A stretch of 64,000 nucleotides of DNA from Candidatus Bathyarchaeia archaeon (GTDB lineage Archaea; Thermoproteota; Bathyarchaeia; Bathyarchaeales; Bathycorpusculaceae), in assembly GCA_049516875.1 (NCBI GenBank), contig JBEKSS010000002.1, forward strand, positions 64,001-128,000. Reading direction: 5' to 3'. The stretch's first letter is position 1. Each line of letters starts with the position of its first letter. Position numbers and translations under genes: made by a program. Positions 1-10,316 of this stretch are shown here, piece by piece. The notes below the pieces were generated by a model, which had not been told where the DNA came from, made no database searches, and was given only the letters and a program-made list of their open reading frames with translations.

Positions 1-766
1 TGAGGATTTTCTTAACAATTTCAATGTTGGACGTTTCGTTGCCTGCTGCGATGTTGTAGATTCGGCCTGCCTGTCCCTTGGTTAGGACGAGGTGTACGGC
101 TTCGCAGTGGTCGAGCACGTAAATCCAGTCTCTGATGTTCTTGCCAGTTCCGTACAATGGGATCTTGAGGTTTTTGAGGGCTCTGATTATTGTTTTGGGT
201 ATCAGTTTCTCAGGAAACTGGTAGGGGCCGTAGTTGTTTGTGCACCTTGTTATGGCCGCATTGAGCTTGTAGGTTTTGAAGTATGCGTTGACTAGCATGT
301 CGGCGGCTGCTTTTGATGCGGAGTAGGGGTTTGAGGGTCTGGGAGGATCGTCTTCCGTGAATGGGTCTTCGGCCGTTTCCCCGTAGACTTCGTCTGTCGA
401 AACTTGTACGAATCTTGCCCTTCTGTTGTGTTCTCTTACAGCCTCTAGAAGGGTGAAGGTTCCAAGTGTGTTGTTGTGCAGAAACTCGCTTGGGTCGGTT
501 ATGCTTCTGTCCACGTGGGTTTCAGCTGCGAAGTTTACGATGGCCTCTGCTTCTACTACTAGGCGTTTCATGAGTTTTGGGTTTCGGATGTCGCCCTTTA
601 CGAACCTGTATCGTTTTTCTTTGTCGATGTCTTTAAGGCTCGTTGGGTTGGCGCTTAGGCCTATTTTGTCTACGTTTGTGACTTCTGCGTCTGGATGCGA
701 TCTAATTGTTGAGCGGCAGAAGTTGCTTCCTATGAAACCGAGTCCGCCTGTGACAAGAATTTTCAT
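1..766 (-). CDS. rmlB: dTDP-glucose 4,6-dehydratase (runs off window start)
   Basis: Not in ORF track. Minus strand from ATG at 766 reads MKILVTGGLGFIGSNF...NFAAETHVDRSI...VSTDEVYG...YSASKAA; follows rmlA and rmlC. Confidence 0.93.
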   Translation of the reverse strand, partial: MKILVTGGLGFIGSNFCRSTIRSHPDAEVTNVDKIGLSANPTSLKDIDKEKRYRFVKGDIRNPKLMKRLVVEAEAIVNFAAETHVDRSITDPSEFLHNNTLGTFTLLEAVREHNRRARFVQVSTDEVYGETAEDPFTEDDPPRPSNPYSASKAAADMLVNAYFKTYKLNAAITRCTNNYGPYQFPEKLIPKTIIRALKNLKIPLYGTGKNIRDWIYVLDHCEAVHLVLTKGQAGRIYNIAAGNETSNIEIVKKIL

Positions 767-772
767 GGTGTT

Positions 773-1285
773 TCACTTGTAGGGTGGGAGGTTCCAGTCC
801 CACGGTTTGCCCGTTCTCGGGTCGTCTTTCTTGCCGTTTATGATTTTCGGGACTATTTTCGGGTCGTTCCAGGGTCTCCTTTCTTCGTCCGGGCTTGCGT
901 AGTCATAGAGCTTGGTGGTGAAGTAGACGAGAAGGGCGTTTTCGTTTCCCACGGCTTTGTATCCGTGCCAGTAGTGGCCTGGCATCCTAAGCACTTGCAG
1001 ATCCAGTCCTGTTGAGATTAGTTCGTCGAGTTCTTTTGTCTCTTCATCGTACGCGCATATTTTCAGGGCTCCCTTGAGGACTATGAAGTAGTCGACTTGC
1101 CCACGCTTATGTCGGTGCCAGGCGCGAATTATGCCCGGGTAGGTTGTGGAGAAGTTTGTTTGGACAGGTTGATCCTGACCTAGGAGTTCTTTCCAGTCTT
1201 GTCGCATGATTTCGGTGAAACACCCTCTTTCGTCGCAGGCGCGTTTTAGGGGTTTAGGTGTTATTCCTTTGAGCATGTCTTTCAC
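773..1285 (-). CDS. rmlC: dTDP-4-dehydrorhamnose 3,5-epimerase family
   Basis: DERGCFTE, IRAWHRH and GHYWHGY cupin motifs; between rmlA and rmlB. Confidence 0.88.
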   Translation of the reverse strand: MKDMLKGITPKPLKRACDERGCFTEIMRQDWKELLGQDQPVQTNFSTTYPGIIRAWHRHKRGQVDYFIVLKGALKICAYDEETKELDELISTGLDLQVLRMPGHYWHGYKAVGNENALLVYFTTKLYDYASPDEERRPWNDPKIVPKIINGKKDDPRTGKPWDWNLPPYK

Positions 1286-1286
1286 T

Positions 1287-2363
1287 TCACAGTTCTATGC
1301 ATGTTCTTTCTCCGAGGATGAATTTCTTTCCATGCGGTTTGGATTTGTTGGTGGTCAGTTCTGAGTAGGGACCGATTATGCTGTCTGTCATTCTTTCTTT
1401 CATGTCTATTGTGCAGTTGTCCATTATTATGCTGTTTTCTATTTCGCCTTTTTTGATGGTGCAGTTGTTTCCTATGCTTGTGTAGGGGCCGATGTATACG
1501 TTCGGTTCGATAACGGTGTTTTGCCCTATCACGACTGGGCCTCTGACGAGGGCGCCTTCTTTTATGGTTGAGCCATTGGCTGTGGCGACTCGGCCTTGGA
1601 CGGAGGCGTCGTTTTCGATTTTGCCTTGGGTTTCTGGTTTGAGTTCGTCGAGGACTAGGCGGTTGGCTTCGAGGATGTCTTCGGGCGTGCCGGTGTCTTT
1701 CCACCAGCCTTGGACGATTTGGTAGCCCACGTTGTGGCTGGTTTCGAGTAGTAGTTGGATGGCGTCTGTTATTTCGAGTTCTCCTCTCGCTGATGGTTTG
1801 AGTCTGTTTATCATCTTGAAGATTGCGGGTTTGAAGAAGTAGATGCCGGTCAGAGCGTAGTTGCTTGGTGGTTTCTTGGGTTTTTCTATCAGCTTTGCCA
1901 GTCTTCCTTTTTCATCGATTTTGGCAACTCCAAACCGTTGGGGATTCTTTACTTGGCATAAGAGTATCATCGCGTCGTAGTTTGAGCCTTTGAACTTGCT
2001 GACGAAACTGGTGATTCCGCCTTTCAGTAGGTTGTCTCCGAGGTAGACGATGAAGGGTTGGTCTTTAATGTAGTCTTTGCAGAGGCTTACGGCCTGGGCT
2101 ATTCCCTTCGGTTCGTCCTGTTGGATGTACTGAATATCTACGCCGAATCTTTTCCCGTTGCCGTAGTATTCTTTGACTTTTTCTGGGAATACGTTTCCAA
2201 GGACTATTGCAATTTGGGTTATGCCAGAGGCTTTCAGGTCTTCAAGCACGTACTGTGAGTTGGGTTTGTTTGCGATTGGAATCAGCTGTTTTGGGCCCGT
2301 GTGGGTTAATGGCCTGAGTTTGCTTCCGAAACCGCCGTGAAGAATAACACCTTTCATTCTCAC
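1287..2363 (-). CDS. rmlA: Glucose-1-phosphate thymidylyltransferase, long form
   Basis: GGFGSKLRPLTHTGPKQLIP, EKP, ELEITD, WKDTGT and a C-terminal hexapeptide region. Confidence 0.93.
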   Translation of the reverse strand: MRMKGVILHGGFGSKLRPLTHTGPKQLIPIANKPNSQYVLEDLKASGITQIAIVLGNVFPEKVKEYYGNGKRFGVDIQYIQQDEPKGIAQAVSLCKDYIKDQPFIVYLGDNLLKGGITSFVSKFKGSNYDAMILLCQVKNPQRFGVAKIDEKGRLAKLIEKPKKPPSNYALTGIYFFKPAIFKMINRLKPSARGELEITDAIQLLLETSHNVGYQIVQGWWKDTGTPEDILEANRLVLDELKPETQGKIENDASVQGRVATANGSTIKEGALVRGPVVIGQNTVIEPNVYIGPYTSIGNNCTIKKGEIENSIIMDNCTIDMKERMTDSIIGPYSELTTNKSKPHGKKFILGERTCIEL

Positions 2364-2470
2364 CGTGCTTCCTAGGCTTTCCTGTTATGGGAAAGATTGA
2401 TGCAATTCGTATTTAAACACGACTATCTGCGCGCGGAGTGGTTTGTGATGTGATGGCATTGTGGTGAGAA

Positions 2471-2518
2471 AGCCCTTGCTTTTGAGTACTCAATTCGTGT
2501 TTTTTTTGGGCTCAAAAC
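2471..2518 (+). repeat. ~50-bp oriented element, left copy
   Basis: agcccttgcttTTGAGTACTCAAttcgtgttttttttgggctcaaaac aligns with 58720-58768 and with the reverse complement of 55111-55159. Confidence 0.8.
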
Positions 2519-2679
2519 GGGTGGTTTGTTGAGGTTTTTGTTGTGCGTGTGTGTAGCGCGCGTGCGTTGTTTGGTGGCTTGGGCTTCTGGTTTTTGTAAT
2601 AAAGGTGTGTTTGATGTTCTGGAGTACATGAATCGGCGGTTCTGATGCGTCCCTGCGAAGTTCTGGTGGCAGGCGTGGG

Positions 2680-2883
2680 TCAGGTGTTGTATTCTTCGTT
2701 TTCTAGGAGTATGGTTGTGGTGATTGTTGTGTTTGTTTGTGGGGTAGGTTTGGGTTTTTGGGGTTTGGTTCTGGAGCCTGTCCAATAGAGGGTCCATCCG
2801 ATTAGCCAGAGGAGGGTTGTGACGGGAAGAAGTATCAGTATAACTGCTCTGTTGCGTACGCGTATGTTTCTAGGCAGTTTCAA
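2680..2883 (-). CDS. Small single-TM protein, paralog of 51870-52076
   Basis: RNRAVILILLPVTTLLWLIGWTLYWTG versus RNRTIRLLFLPIAILLWIIGWTMLWAG. Confidence 0.75.
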   Translation of the reverse strand: MKLPRNIRVRNRAVILILLPVTTLLWLIGWTLYWTGSRTKPQKPKPTPQTNTTITTTILLENEEYNT

Positions 2884-3303
2884 GATTATGCCTGAATGGA
2901 ACTTTGCGGGATGTGGAAATAAGTGTTTTTGACATGTAGGTGTATCTTTGCATGTTATGGTGGGTCTGGTTCGGTTTGGCAGGATGGAGTTTAGGTCGGA
3001 AGCAAAGCATTTGCAGCGTTTGGCGGGGGCTGGAATTGAAGCGTTTGTTGCAATTCTCTGGGTTGAAGTTTTCCGGTTGTTTCGTTATGATGCTTTTGGT
3101 GTTGCGTTTGGGTGTGAATGATATTTTTCGTCGTGGAAGATATGGGACATTGTTCTAGAACATTTGCATAGATGTTACATAGAATATCGTTTAAATAGTA
3201 GGTTTTCAATTTGAAGGGTTTAGGAGAAAGAGATCGCGGACGAATGTGTGAACATGGGTGAAAATGTGTTCGGTTCCGCTCCTGTCAGGGAGGGATTGGT
3301 TTA

Positions 3304-3696
3304 GTGGAGTCTAGGAGCCGGGTTGAGCGGGATGTGTTTCGGGGTAGGGTTAAGGAGGAGTGGGGGCTATTGTGGGCGGAGCGGTTTGATGACAGGGTTA
3401 GGGCTGAAGGGGTTTCTGTTCGGGATTATCCGTTAGTTTTTGCGAGTCGCGGACACGTTATTTTTGCGACCAGGAACGCGAAGGCTCTGAGTTTTTCGCA
3501 GATAATGGCGGTTCACGCGTCTCAGGGTCTGGTTTATTCTCCTGATCCTGACGTTGGGGGGTGGGGCAAGTTTGCCCGGACGTACGTGGGCAGGGTTGCT
3601 CACTTGAGGGCCAGAGCCTTCGTTAACGGGCAGTCCACGCGTGAGAAAGATGGGCAGCATCGGAAGAAGGGCGGCAGGGGCTGGCTTCACAAGTAA
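3304..3696 (+). CDS. Hypothetical protein
   Basis: 130-aa ORF preceded by GGAGG and collinear with downstream genes; no family recognised. Confidence 0.65.
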   Translation: MESRSRVERDVFRGRVKEEWGLLWAERFDDRVRAEGVSVRDYPLVFASRGHVIFATRNAKALSFSQIMAVHASQGLVYSPDPDVGGWGKFARTYVGRVAHLRARAFVNGQSTREKDGQHRKKGGRGWLHK

Positions 3697-3774
3697 TGTT
3701 TCATAAGTAGCGCGTGTGTCTTGTCTTAGATAATCTGTTTTCCGCTGTTCTGTTTGTGTTTGGTTGTGTTTTCA

Positions 3775-4128
3775 ATGGGTAAGTACAGGGATGGGCTTAG
3801 GATCATAGCGGATATTCTGCATGCTGCCGGCAGCGGTTCGAAGAAGACTCGGATTATGGGTGTTGCAAACTTGAGTTACAGGCTTTTCGAGAAGTACTTG
3901 GGGAGGACGGTTCAGGTTGGTTTCTTGCGGTTGAACGATGAGGGCTACGAAGTCACAGAGAAAGGTCAGGATTTTCTCGAAAAATACCATGATTTATCTG
4001 GTAGATACTCGAAGTTGGACACCGAGCTTCAGAGCGTCCTGTATGAGAAGGAGATTTTGAAGAGGATGAGTCAGCCTTTGAGGAATGGCAAGCTTAAGGC
4101 GGTGTGTGGGAGGAAACGTCGAAGGTGA
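3775..4128 (+). CDS. Archaeal winged-helix DNA-binding protein (HTH_45-like)
   Basis: MGKYRDGLRIIADIL...KKTRIMGVANLSY...YEVTEKG pattern; ATG at 3775 is the likely start. Confidence 0.82.
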   Translation: MGKYRDGLRIIADILHAAGSGSKKTRIMGVANLSYRLFEKYLGRTVQVGFLRLNDEGYEVTEKGQDFLEKYHDLSGRYSKLDTELQSVLYEKEILKRMSQPLRNGKLKAVCGRKRRR

Positions 4129-4646
4129 AGGGTCTGCTCAGGCAGCGGGCTAAGAGTCTTGCTTGGCTGTTGTTGGTTCTGATTGTTGCGGGCTTGCTCT
4201 CGTACGGGTCGCCGTGTGCCAAGGGAGCTGACGATGCTTCGGGGAGTGTTGGAAACGCGGATGCTGCGGTTCGTCAGGCTTTTAACGCTGCTTTGGATGC
4301 TGAGAGGGCTGGGGCGAACGTTTCCGGTTTGATTGTGAGGCTGAATGAAGCTGGGGCTGTTTTGGTGGAGGCTGAAGTTGCGCTTGGAGACGGGAATTCA
4401 AGCGAGGCTGCTAGCAAGGCTGGCCAGTGTGTTGGAATTGCTGAAAGTGTCAGAAGCGAGGCTGATGCTTTGAAGACGTCGGCCTTGGATGGGGCACAGA
4501 CGGTTTTTTGGATGTATCTCACTTTTTCGGTGGTCGGCATTGCTGTGTTTGTTGCTGTTTTGGCGCTCGTTTGGCGACGGTTCAAGCGCGACCATGTTGA
4601 GAAGACGTTGAGTATGAAGCCTGAGGTGGCGCATAATGAAGCTTGA
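4104..4646 (+). CDS. Membrane-anchored helical protein (signal peptide plus C-terminal TM)
   Basis: Hydrophobic N- and C-terminal segments around an Ala-rich helical core; likely start is GTG 4125, overlapping the upstream stop. Confidence 0.7.
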   Translation: MWEETSKVKGLLRQRAKSLAWLLLVLIVAGLLSYGSPCAKGADDASGSVGNADAAVRQAFNAALDAERAGANVSGLIVRLNEAGAVLVEAEVALGDGNSSEAASKAGQCVGIAESVRSEADALKTSALDGAQTVFWMYLTFSVVGIAVFVAVLALVWRRFKRDHVEKTLSMKPEVAHNEA

Positions 4647-5232
4647 GGACTACAAGCAAGTTTTTGCCGCTGTGGGCTTGGTTGGCGTTTTGCTTTTCGC
4701 TACTCCAGCTTTGGGTTTAGTAGTGCATCTTCCAAGTGGAGAGAAGTTTTCGGAGCTTTATGTTTTAGGCTCAGGGCATATGGCTGAAGACTATCCGTTT
4801 AACGTTAGAGAGAATGAGAGTTACCTGGTTTATCTGGGGGTTGACAATCATTTGAGCAGTTCGGCTTATTATGAAGTCATCGTGAAGTTTGCGAATCAAT
4901 CTGAGTCTTTGCCTGATACAACGGCCGGCGTGCCCAGTTCGTTGCCGGGGCTGTACGAGTACCGTGTGTTTCTACAGGATGGACAGAGTTGGGAGCAGCC
5001 GTTGACTTTTTCGTTTTCCCAGGTGTCAGCTGCGCAAAATCGGTCGGTGGTTGGTGGTTTGCGGGTGAATGGTGTCACGCTTAGCGTGGAGAAGCCTGAG
5101 GTGTGGGACGACGGGAACGGTGGGTATTTTTATGAGGTGTTTATGGAGTTGTGGATTTACAACGTTGCCTCTGATGCATTTCAGTTTCACAACCGTTTCG
5201 TGGGCCTATGGTTGAACGTGACGGCCTCTTAA
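4636..5232 (+). CDS. DUF1616-like protein (C-terminal, extracellular part)
   Basis: TM segment followed by EKFSELYVLG...MAEDYP...VYLGVDNH...LWLNVT. Confidence 0.72.
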   Translation: MKLEDYKQVFAAVGLVGVLLFATPALGLVVHLPSGEKFSELYVLGSGHMAEDYPFNVRENESYLVYLGVDNHLSSSAYYEVIVKFANQSESLPDTTAGVPSSLPGLYEYRVFLQDGQSWEQPLTFSFSQVSAAQNRSVVGGLRVNGVTLSVEKPEVWDDGNGGYFYEVFMELWIYNVASDAFQFHNRFVGLWLNVTAS

Positions 5233-5352
5233 GTCAAGTTTTTAAGGGCGACTGTAAGATACTTATAGAACTTTCTTCCTCTATCACTTAAATGTATGGA
5301 GGACGAAGGTAAATCATACCGTCGCAGATTAGCGGCTTTGGTGGTGCTCTGA

Positions 5353-6045
5353 ATGATGGGAGAAGGCTATCGGAACAGTGTGCTAGCTATTATTGCCGCT
5401 CTCAACGAGGAGGAGGGAGTTGGGCTGACGATAGCGGAGCTCCGGCAGTATTTGGAGAAGCCCTGGGTTCTCGTAGTAGACGGCAAGAGCAGTGACAGAA
5501 CGGTTGAGATTGCGAAGAATCTTGATGTGGACGTGATTTTTCAGGAGGGCAAGGGCAAGGGCGACGCGATAGCATGCGCGATCAGACAGGCTAATGCTGA
5601 TGTTGATTATGTTGCTTTCACGGATGCAGACTACACATACCCAGCTGAGTATGTTCCAAGAATGATTAGGATTTTGGAAGAGAATCCAAAGCTGGGAATG
5701 GTTTGCGGAAACAGGTTCAACTCACATTTTGACTTGAAAGAAATGCACAACATGTTCTATTTTGGAAACAGACTTTTGGCATTCACCCATAACATGCTGA
5801 ACGGCGTGGCCATGCGCGACCCGCTTACCGGCCTGAGAGTGGTGCGATGGAAAATACTGAAGAACTGGACGCCGAAGTCTAAGGGTTTCGACGTTGAGGT
5901 TGAGTTGAACCATCATGTTGAGAGACAAGGTTACGGCATAGTGGAGATTCCGATACCGTATAGGCCTAGGCTTGGAGAAAAAAAACTCAAGCTACAGCAT
6001 GGTGCCACGATTCTGAAAAGAATCTTGCTTGAGACTCTCTACTAG
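5353..6045 (+). CDS. GT2, polyprenol-phosphate glycosyltransferase-like
   Basis: ALNEE, VVDGKSSDRT, GKGDA, DADYTY, DPLTG and FDVEVE motifs. Confidence 0.88.
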   Translation: MMGEGYRNSVLAIIAALNEEEGVGLTIAELRQYLEKPWVLVVDGKSSDRTVEIAKNLDVDVIFQEGKGKGDAIACAIRQANADVDYVAFTDADYTYPAEYVPRMIRILEENPKLGMVCGNRFNSHFDLKEMHNMFYFGNRLLAFTHNMLNGVAMRDPLTGLRVVRWKILKNWTPKSKGFDVEVELNHHVERQGYGIVEIPIPYRPRLGEKKLKLQHGATILKRILLETLY

Positions 6046-7072
6046 TTCGCCTCACAGTTCTGCAACGGCCGCTAATGGAGCTGAAAAAGGGGAAATGGGG
6101 AATTCTTCTCACAAGGTTCTTGTGACAGGTGGGGCTGGCTTCATAGGCAGCCATCTTGTGGATAGGCTGCTCGCTGAAGGGTTTGAAGTTACGGTTCTGG
6201 ATGATTTCTCGAGTGGCAAAATGCAGAATATTTCTCATCACAAGAACGCGAAAGAGTTGCATGTTGTTCACGGCGACGTTAGAGATACAGGATTAGTCAA
6301 GAACGTTGTTGAAGATGTTGATTCGATTTTTCATGAGGCTGCATTGGTGGATGTGGCGTTGTCGGTTGAGGAGCCGTTTTTGTTCAACGACGTTAATGTT
6401 GTTGGTACTCTTAATCTTCTGAGGGTCTGTGCAGATTCGGGCATTAAGCGTTTTGTTTTCGCATCTTCGGCTGCTGTGTATGGCATTTCTGGGCCTGCGA
6501 AGAAAAGGGAGGGTATGCTTCCAAGGCCGATTTCGCCATATGGAGTCACAAAATTGGCATCTGAGAATTATGTTCGAGTCTTCAGCGAACTGTGTGGTTT
6601 GGAGACTGTATGCTTAAGATACTTTAATGTTTATGGTCCCAGACAGGGTGTTGGCTCTAGCTATAGTGGCGTGATAACCGCCTTTTTAAGTCGCTTGCTG
6701 AACAGTCAAGCACCTGTTATTCATGGGGACGGGAGGCAGACTAGAGACTTCGTGAATGTGGATGACGTTGTAGCTGCAAATATGCTTGCATTAAAGAGTA
6801 AGAATGCTGTTGGCGAGGTTTTTAACATTGCGAGCGGCAGGGCAACTACCATTAGTGATTTGGCAAAAGTTATGCAAAGAATCACAGAAAAGGAATGCTT
6901 GAAACCTGTTTATGCTGAGCCACGGCCAGGCGATATTAAACATTGTTGGGCAGACATCACTAAGGCTGAACGCCTTCTCGGTTTCCATCCGAAAGTCAAG
7001 ATTGATGGCGGCTTATTGAAGCTAGTCCGTGGGCATCGCGATGCAAAGTATTCTATGCGGTTATCTGATTGA
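6029..7072 (+). CDS. NAD-dependent sugar epimerase/dehydratase
   Basis: VLVTGGAGFIGSHL, SSAAVYG, YGVTK, RYFNVYGP; true start probably ATG 6095. Confidence 0.92.
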   Translation: MRLSTSSPHSSATAANGAEKGEMGNSSHKVLVTGGAGFIGSHLVDRLLAEGFEVTVLDDFSSGKMQNISHHKNAKELHVVHGDVRDTGLVKNVVEDVDSIFHEAALVDVALSVEEPFLFNDVNVVGTLNLLRVCADSGIKRFVFASSAAVYGISGPAKKREGMLPRPISPYGVTKLASENYVRVFSELCGLETVCLRYFNVYGPRQGVGSSYSGVITAFLSRLLNSQAPVIHGDGRQTRDFVNVDDVVAANMLALKSKNAVGEVFNIASGRATTISDLAKVMQRITEKECLKPVYAEPRPGDIKHCWADITKAERLLGFHPKVKIDGGLLKLVRGHRDAKYSMRLSD

Positions 7073-7185
7073 TACCTGCGGGAAACTGCTTTTCAGCCTT
7101 GAAGGCAGGAATTGTAGTTTTTGTTCTGTAATTCTTAACCACAGTGCGCGTGCGTTGGCAACAGATTGATTGGAGGCGCGAATGA

Positions 7186-8193
7186 TTGGATGACGAAGGC
7201 TTGAAGGTTGCCGTTGTTGGATTGGGCAAGATGGGGCTGCTTCATGCCGGTATTCTGAACACTTTGGAAGGTGTCAAACTTGCTGCGGTGTGTGACAAGA
7301 GTGGTTTGATTCGGAGATTTCTTAGGAAGCTACTTGGCGAAGTTAAAATTGTAGGTGATTTGGAGAAGCTATCTGACTTGGGCCTTGACGTAGTTTATGT
7401 GACCACGCCTATACCTTCTCATTTCCCTGTTACGAGGAGCATTTATTCAAGGCGAATAGCACGGAATGTGTTTGTGGAAAAGACGCTTGCGTCAAGTTAT
7501 GACGAAGCTAAGGGCATGTGTCGCTTGGCTCAAGACTCTGGAGGTGTTAACATGGTTGGTTACATGAAAAGATTTGCGGTTACCTTTAGGAAGGCTAAGG
7601 AGTTGCTGGATCATGGGGATCTAGGAGATGTAACTTCTTTTGATGCATATGGTTACTCATCGGATTTTCTGGGTGTTGAAAGAGATTCAGGGACCTCTGG
7701 ATCTCGAGGAGGGGTTCTTGCAGATCTAGGCTCTCATGTGATCGATTTGGCTCTCTGGTTTTTCGGCGACCTAGAGGTTGATACAGCGAGGCTAGAACCA
7801 ACAAAGAAAGCAGGTCTTGAGGATTCTGTATCCTTCACGGTGAGGAATTCCAAGGATCTAAAGGGTAGCTTTGACATATCGTGGTGCAAGGAGGGTTATC
7901 GCATGCCTGAGTCTGGGATACTTGTGATAGGTTCGGAGGGGATCATTAAAATGGATGATGATAAAGTAGAGTTGATACCTGCTCATGGCAAGCCAATCAG
8001 ATGGCATAAGCATGATCTTGATGACAGTGTGGGTTTCCTGCTAGGAGGGTCGGAATATTTCCGTGAAGATGAATATTTCATTAAATCGGTTTCAAATGGC
8101 AAAATGGCGGAGCCCAGTTTCAGCACGGCTTCAAGAGTTGATTGCATTATCACTCAGGTGAAAACCAAAGCTGACCAGGACGGACAAAGATGA
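7186..8193 (+). CDS. Gfo/Idh/MocA oxidoreductase
   Basis: VVGLGKMG, VEKT and DLGSHVID motifs. Confidence 0.88.
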   Translation: MDDEGLKVAVVGLGKMGLLHAGILNTLEGVKLAAVCDKSGLIRRFLRKLLGEVKIVGDLEKLSDLGLDVVYVTTPIPSHFPVTRSIYSRRIARNVFVEKTLASSYDEAKGMCRLAQDSGGVNMVGYMKRFAVTFRKAKELLDHGDLGDVTSFDAYGYSSDFLGVERDSGTSGSRGGVLADLGSHVIDLALWFFGDLEVDTARLEPTKKAGLEDSVSFTVRNSKDLKGSFDISWCKEGYRMPESGILVIGSEGIIKMDDDKVELIPAHGKPIRWHKHDLDDSVGFLLGGSEYFREDEYFIKSVSNGKMAEPSFSTASRVDCIITQVKTKADQDGQR

Positions 8194-9089
8194 TATTCCT
8201 CGTTGGCGACAACCCGTTTCATGGCATCAGTCATCTTTCACAAGAGCGTGTCAGAGTCAGAGGTGACGCCGCTACTTCTCCAGACTATGCTGCTGGACTA
8301 GTTATGACTTCAGTGGAGAATGGAGCGAACGGCTTCATGTTCTCAGTCAGTGATACAACGCTTTCAATACTGAGAATAATCCGTCAACGAGGAAATGAGC
8401 CTCTGAGCCTTTATGCTCTTGTTCCCTACGCGTATGAATACGTTAGGCTGGCTACTCAGGTTGGAGGAATTTCTGGTCTCGCCAAGAAGCTTGCTGGGCA
8501 GCTAGTGCTTTCCGCGAACTTGAAAGCAGTCGCAATGGGTTTGAAAGGAGTCATAGGGGCAGATTCTGTGGCTCTTTTGAAAGCCTACGTGTCTTATGAA
8601 GTTTCTAGAATAAGGTCGGCAGCAGGCAAATCTGGAAAACTGGAATCAGTGTTGCTGCATGAAATAATAACCGACTTGGCATTAGGTCTCAATCTGAATC
8701 ATCTTTTTGAATCGTACGTGGATTTCATGCTGAAGCTCGGCATAAAACCGGGCTTTGAAACCAGAAACTTTTCTTATTTTGTGAGCAGATTGAAAGAATT
8801 GGGTATTGATTTGCACGATGTTATGATTGCTACACCTTTCAACAAAGTCGGGTTTCAAATGAATCCTTCTAGAAGTGAATGCGAGAAAGTGCTAGCACAA
8901 GTTCCAGAATCCGATGTAATAGCTATGAGCATATTAGCAGCTGGGTACCTCAATCTTCCTGAAGCAATAGAGTATATAGAAGGTTTACCGAACCTAAAGG
9001 GAATTGTTGTAGGTGTGTCAAAGGAACGGCATGCATGTGAAACATTCCGACTCCTCCAGAAGGAATCAGACAATCGCGTTAGGCCGTAG
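8190..9089 (+). CDS. Conserved hypothetical (probable TIM-barrel) protein
   Basis: GDNPFHGISH, TPFNKVGFQMNP, AMSILAAG; translationally coupled to the upstream gene. Confidence 0.65.
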   Translation: MIFLVGDNPFHGISHLSQERVRVRGDAATSPDYAAGLVMTSVENGANGFMFSVSDTTLSILRIIRQRGNEPLSLYALVPYAYEYVRLATQVGGISGLAKKLAGQLVLSANLKAVAMGLKGVIGADSVALLKAYVSYEVSRIRSAAGKSGKLESVLLHEIITDLALGLNLNHLFESYVDFMLKLGIKPGFETRNFSYFVSRLKELGIDLHDVMIATPFNKVGFQMNPSRSECEKVLAQVPESDVIAMSILAAGYLNLPEAIEYIEGLPNLKGIVVGVSKERHACETFRLLQKESDNRVRP

Positions 9090-9101
9090 AAGAAGCGCGT
9101 T

Positions 9102-10316
9102 GTGGGCGAAGTAATGACCGTTCAAAAAAGAAAGAATTCCCAAAAGATATCACCTCTTTGGGTGAGCTTTACAATTTTGGATGTTTTCCTTCATAAAACA
9201 GCTCTTTTAGACATCTTGAGAAAGTTTGCAGAATTCGGACATAAACCTTGTCTCATAGCGGTTCGATCAAGGAATGCGTATCGAAATGAAGATCCACCAG
9301 TGCGCATAATCTCTGTTCCCTTAAGATATGTGCCGCTTGTTTCGCGGGTTATGTTTACTATCATGCTGGTCTTATTTTTACCTCTCTTTATTGTCGTTTC
9401 AAGGCCAGACTTCATCATTTTTGAGCCTGAAATTCATATTCTTGCCTGTTTTCCGGGTCTTTTTGTTTCCAAGTTTAGAAAGGTAAAGGCTGTTTTGGAT
9501 ATTAGAACCGTACCAGTTGAGACTGTGGGATTTCGAGGTTTTCTGCAAAAATTCTGGTTCTCTGTGTCCATTCTTGTAGCTAAGAAATTGTTTGACGGCA
9601 TAACAATTATTACTCCCTCAATGAAGAAAAAAATCTGCAATGACTTCGACTTAAATCCAGACAACGTAGGAGTATGGACATCTGGAGTTTCCGATAGTCT
9701 ATTCAACCCTAAAAATTCCATTCCAGAGAACGCAGAATTGAAAAGAAGGCTGGGATTGACCGGGAAATTTGTTGTTTTCTATCATGGAGTTTTTACTCCT
9801 ACCCGTGGATTGACAGAAACCATTGACGCCATTAAAATATTAATACCCAAATATCCTGACATTGTGTTCTTTCTTCTGGGAGCTGGGCCTTCAGCTTCTA
9901 CGCTGAGCGCCTTGATTCAGAAGGAGGGTCTTCAAGGAAAGGTTATTATCGCCAATCCAGTGGATCACTCGGAAGTTCCGAAGTTTATCGGCATGTGTGA
10001 CGTAGGAATCGTTCCATTGCCTGATCATCCTTATTGGAGGTTTCAGAGCCCACTAAAACTTTTAGAATACTTGGCCATGGAAAAAGTTGTTATTTTGACA
10101 GACATTCCAGCTCATCGGGCCGTAATAGGTGAAGCAAAATGCGGTGTCTATATCTCGTCAGTCAACCAGATGGAAATAGCAAAAGCAATAGAATGTGCTT
10201 ACCTCAACAAGGATTCTCTTAAGGAATGGGGAAAAATCGGTCGGGAAATCGTCAAAAGAGAATATACGTGGGAAAAAGTGGCAGAGAATCTGGAAAATTA
10301 TCTTCTATCGATTTAA
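9102..10316 (+). CDS. GT4 glycosyltransferase
   Basis: FYHG...RGL, SPLKLLEYLAM, YTWEKVA. Confidence 0.9.
   Translation: MGEVMTVQKRKNSQKISPLWVSFTILDVFLHKTALLDILRKFAEFGHKPCLIAVRSRNAYRNEDPPVRIISVPLRYVPLVSRVMFTIMLVLFLPLFIVVSRPDFIIFEPEIHILACFPGLFVSKFRKVKAVLDIRTVPVETVGFRGFLQKFWFSVSILVAKKLFDGITIITPSMKKKICNDFDLNPDNVGVWTSGVSDSLFNPKNSIPENAELKRRLGLTGKFVVFYHGVFTPTRGLTETIDAIKILIPKYPDIVFFLLGAGPSASTLSALIQKEGLQGKVIIANPVDHSEVPKFIGMCDVGIVPLPDHPYWRFQSPLKLLEYLAMEKVVILTDIPAHRAVIGEAKCGVYISSVNQMEIAKAIECAYLNKDSLKEWGKIGREIVKREYTWEKVAENLENYLLSI

Noticed and set aside
92-782. Plus-strand ORFs 92-295 and 426-782, and similar short antisense ORFs across the window
   Set aside because: Shadows of real genes on the opposite strand.
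2423-3209. ORFs 2423-2797, 2940-3158 and 2991-3209 (likewise 58662-59168 and 54930-55172)
   Set aside because: Open frames produced by low-complexity skewed DNA; the shared LCLSAQSV peptide merely translates the repeat element.
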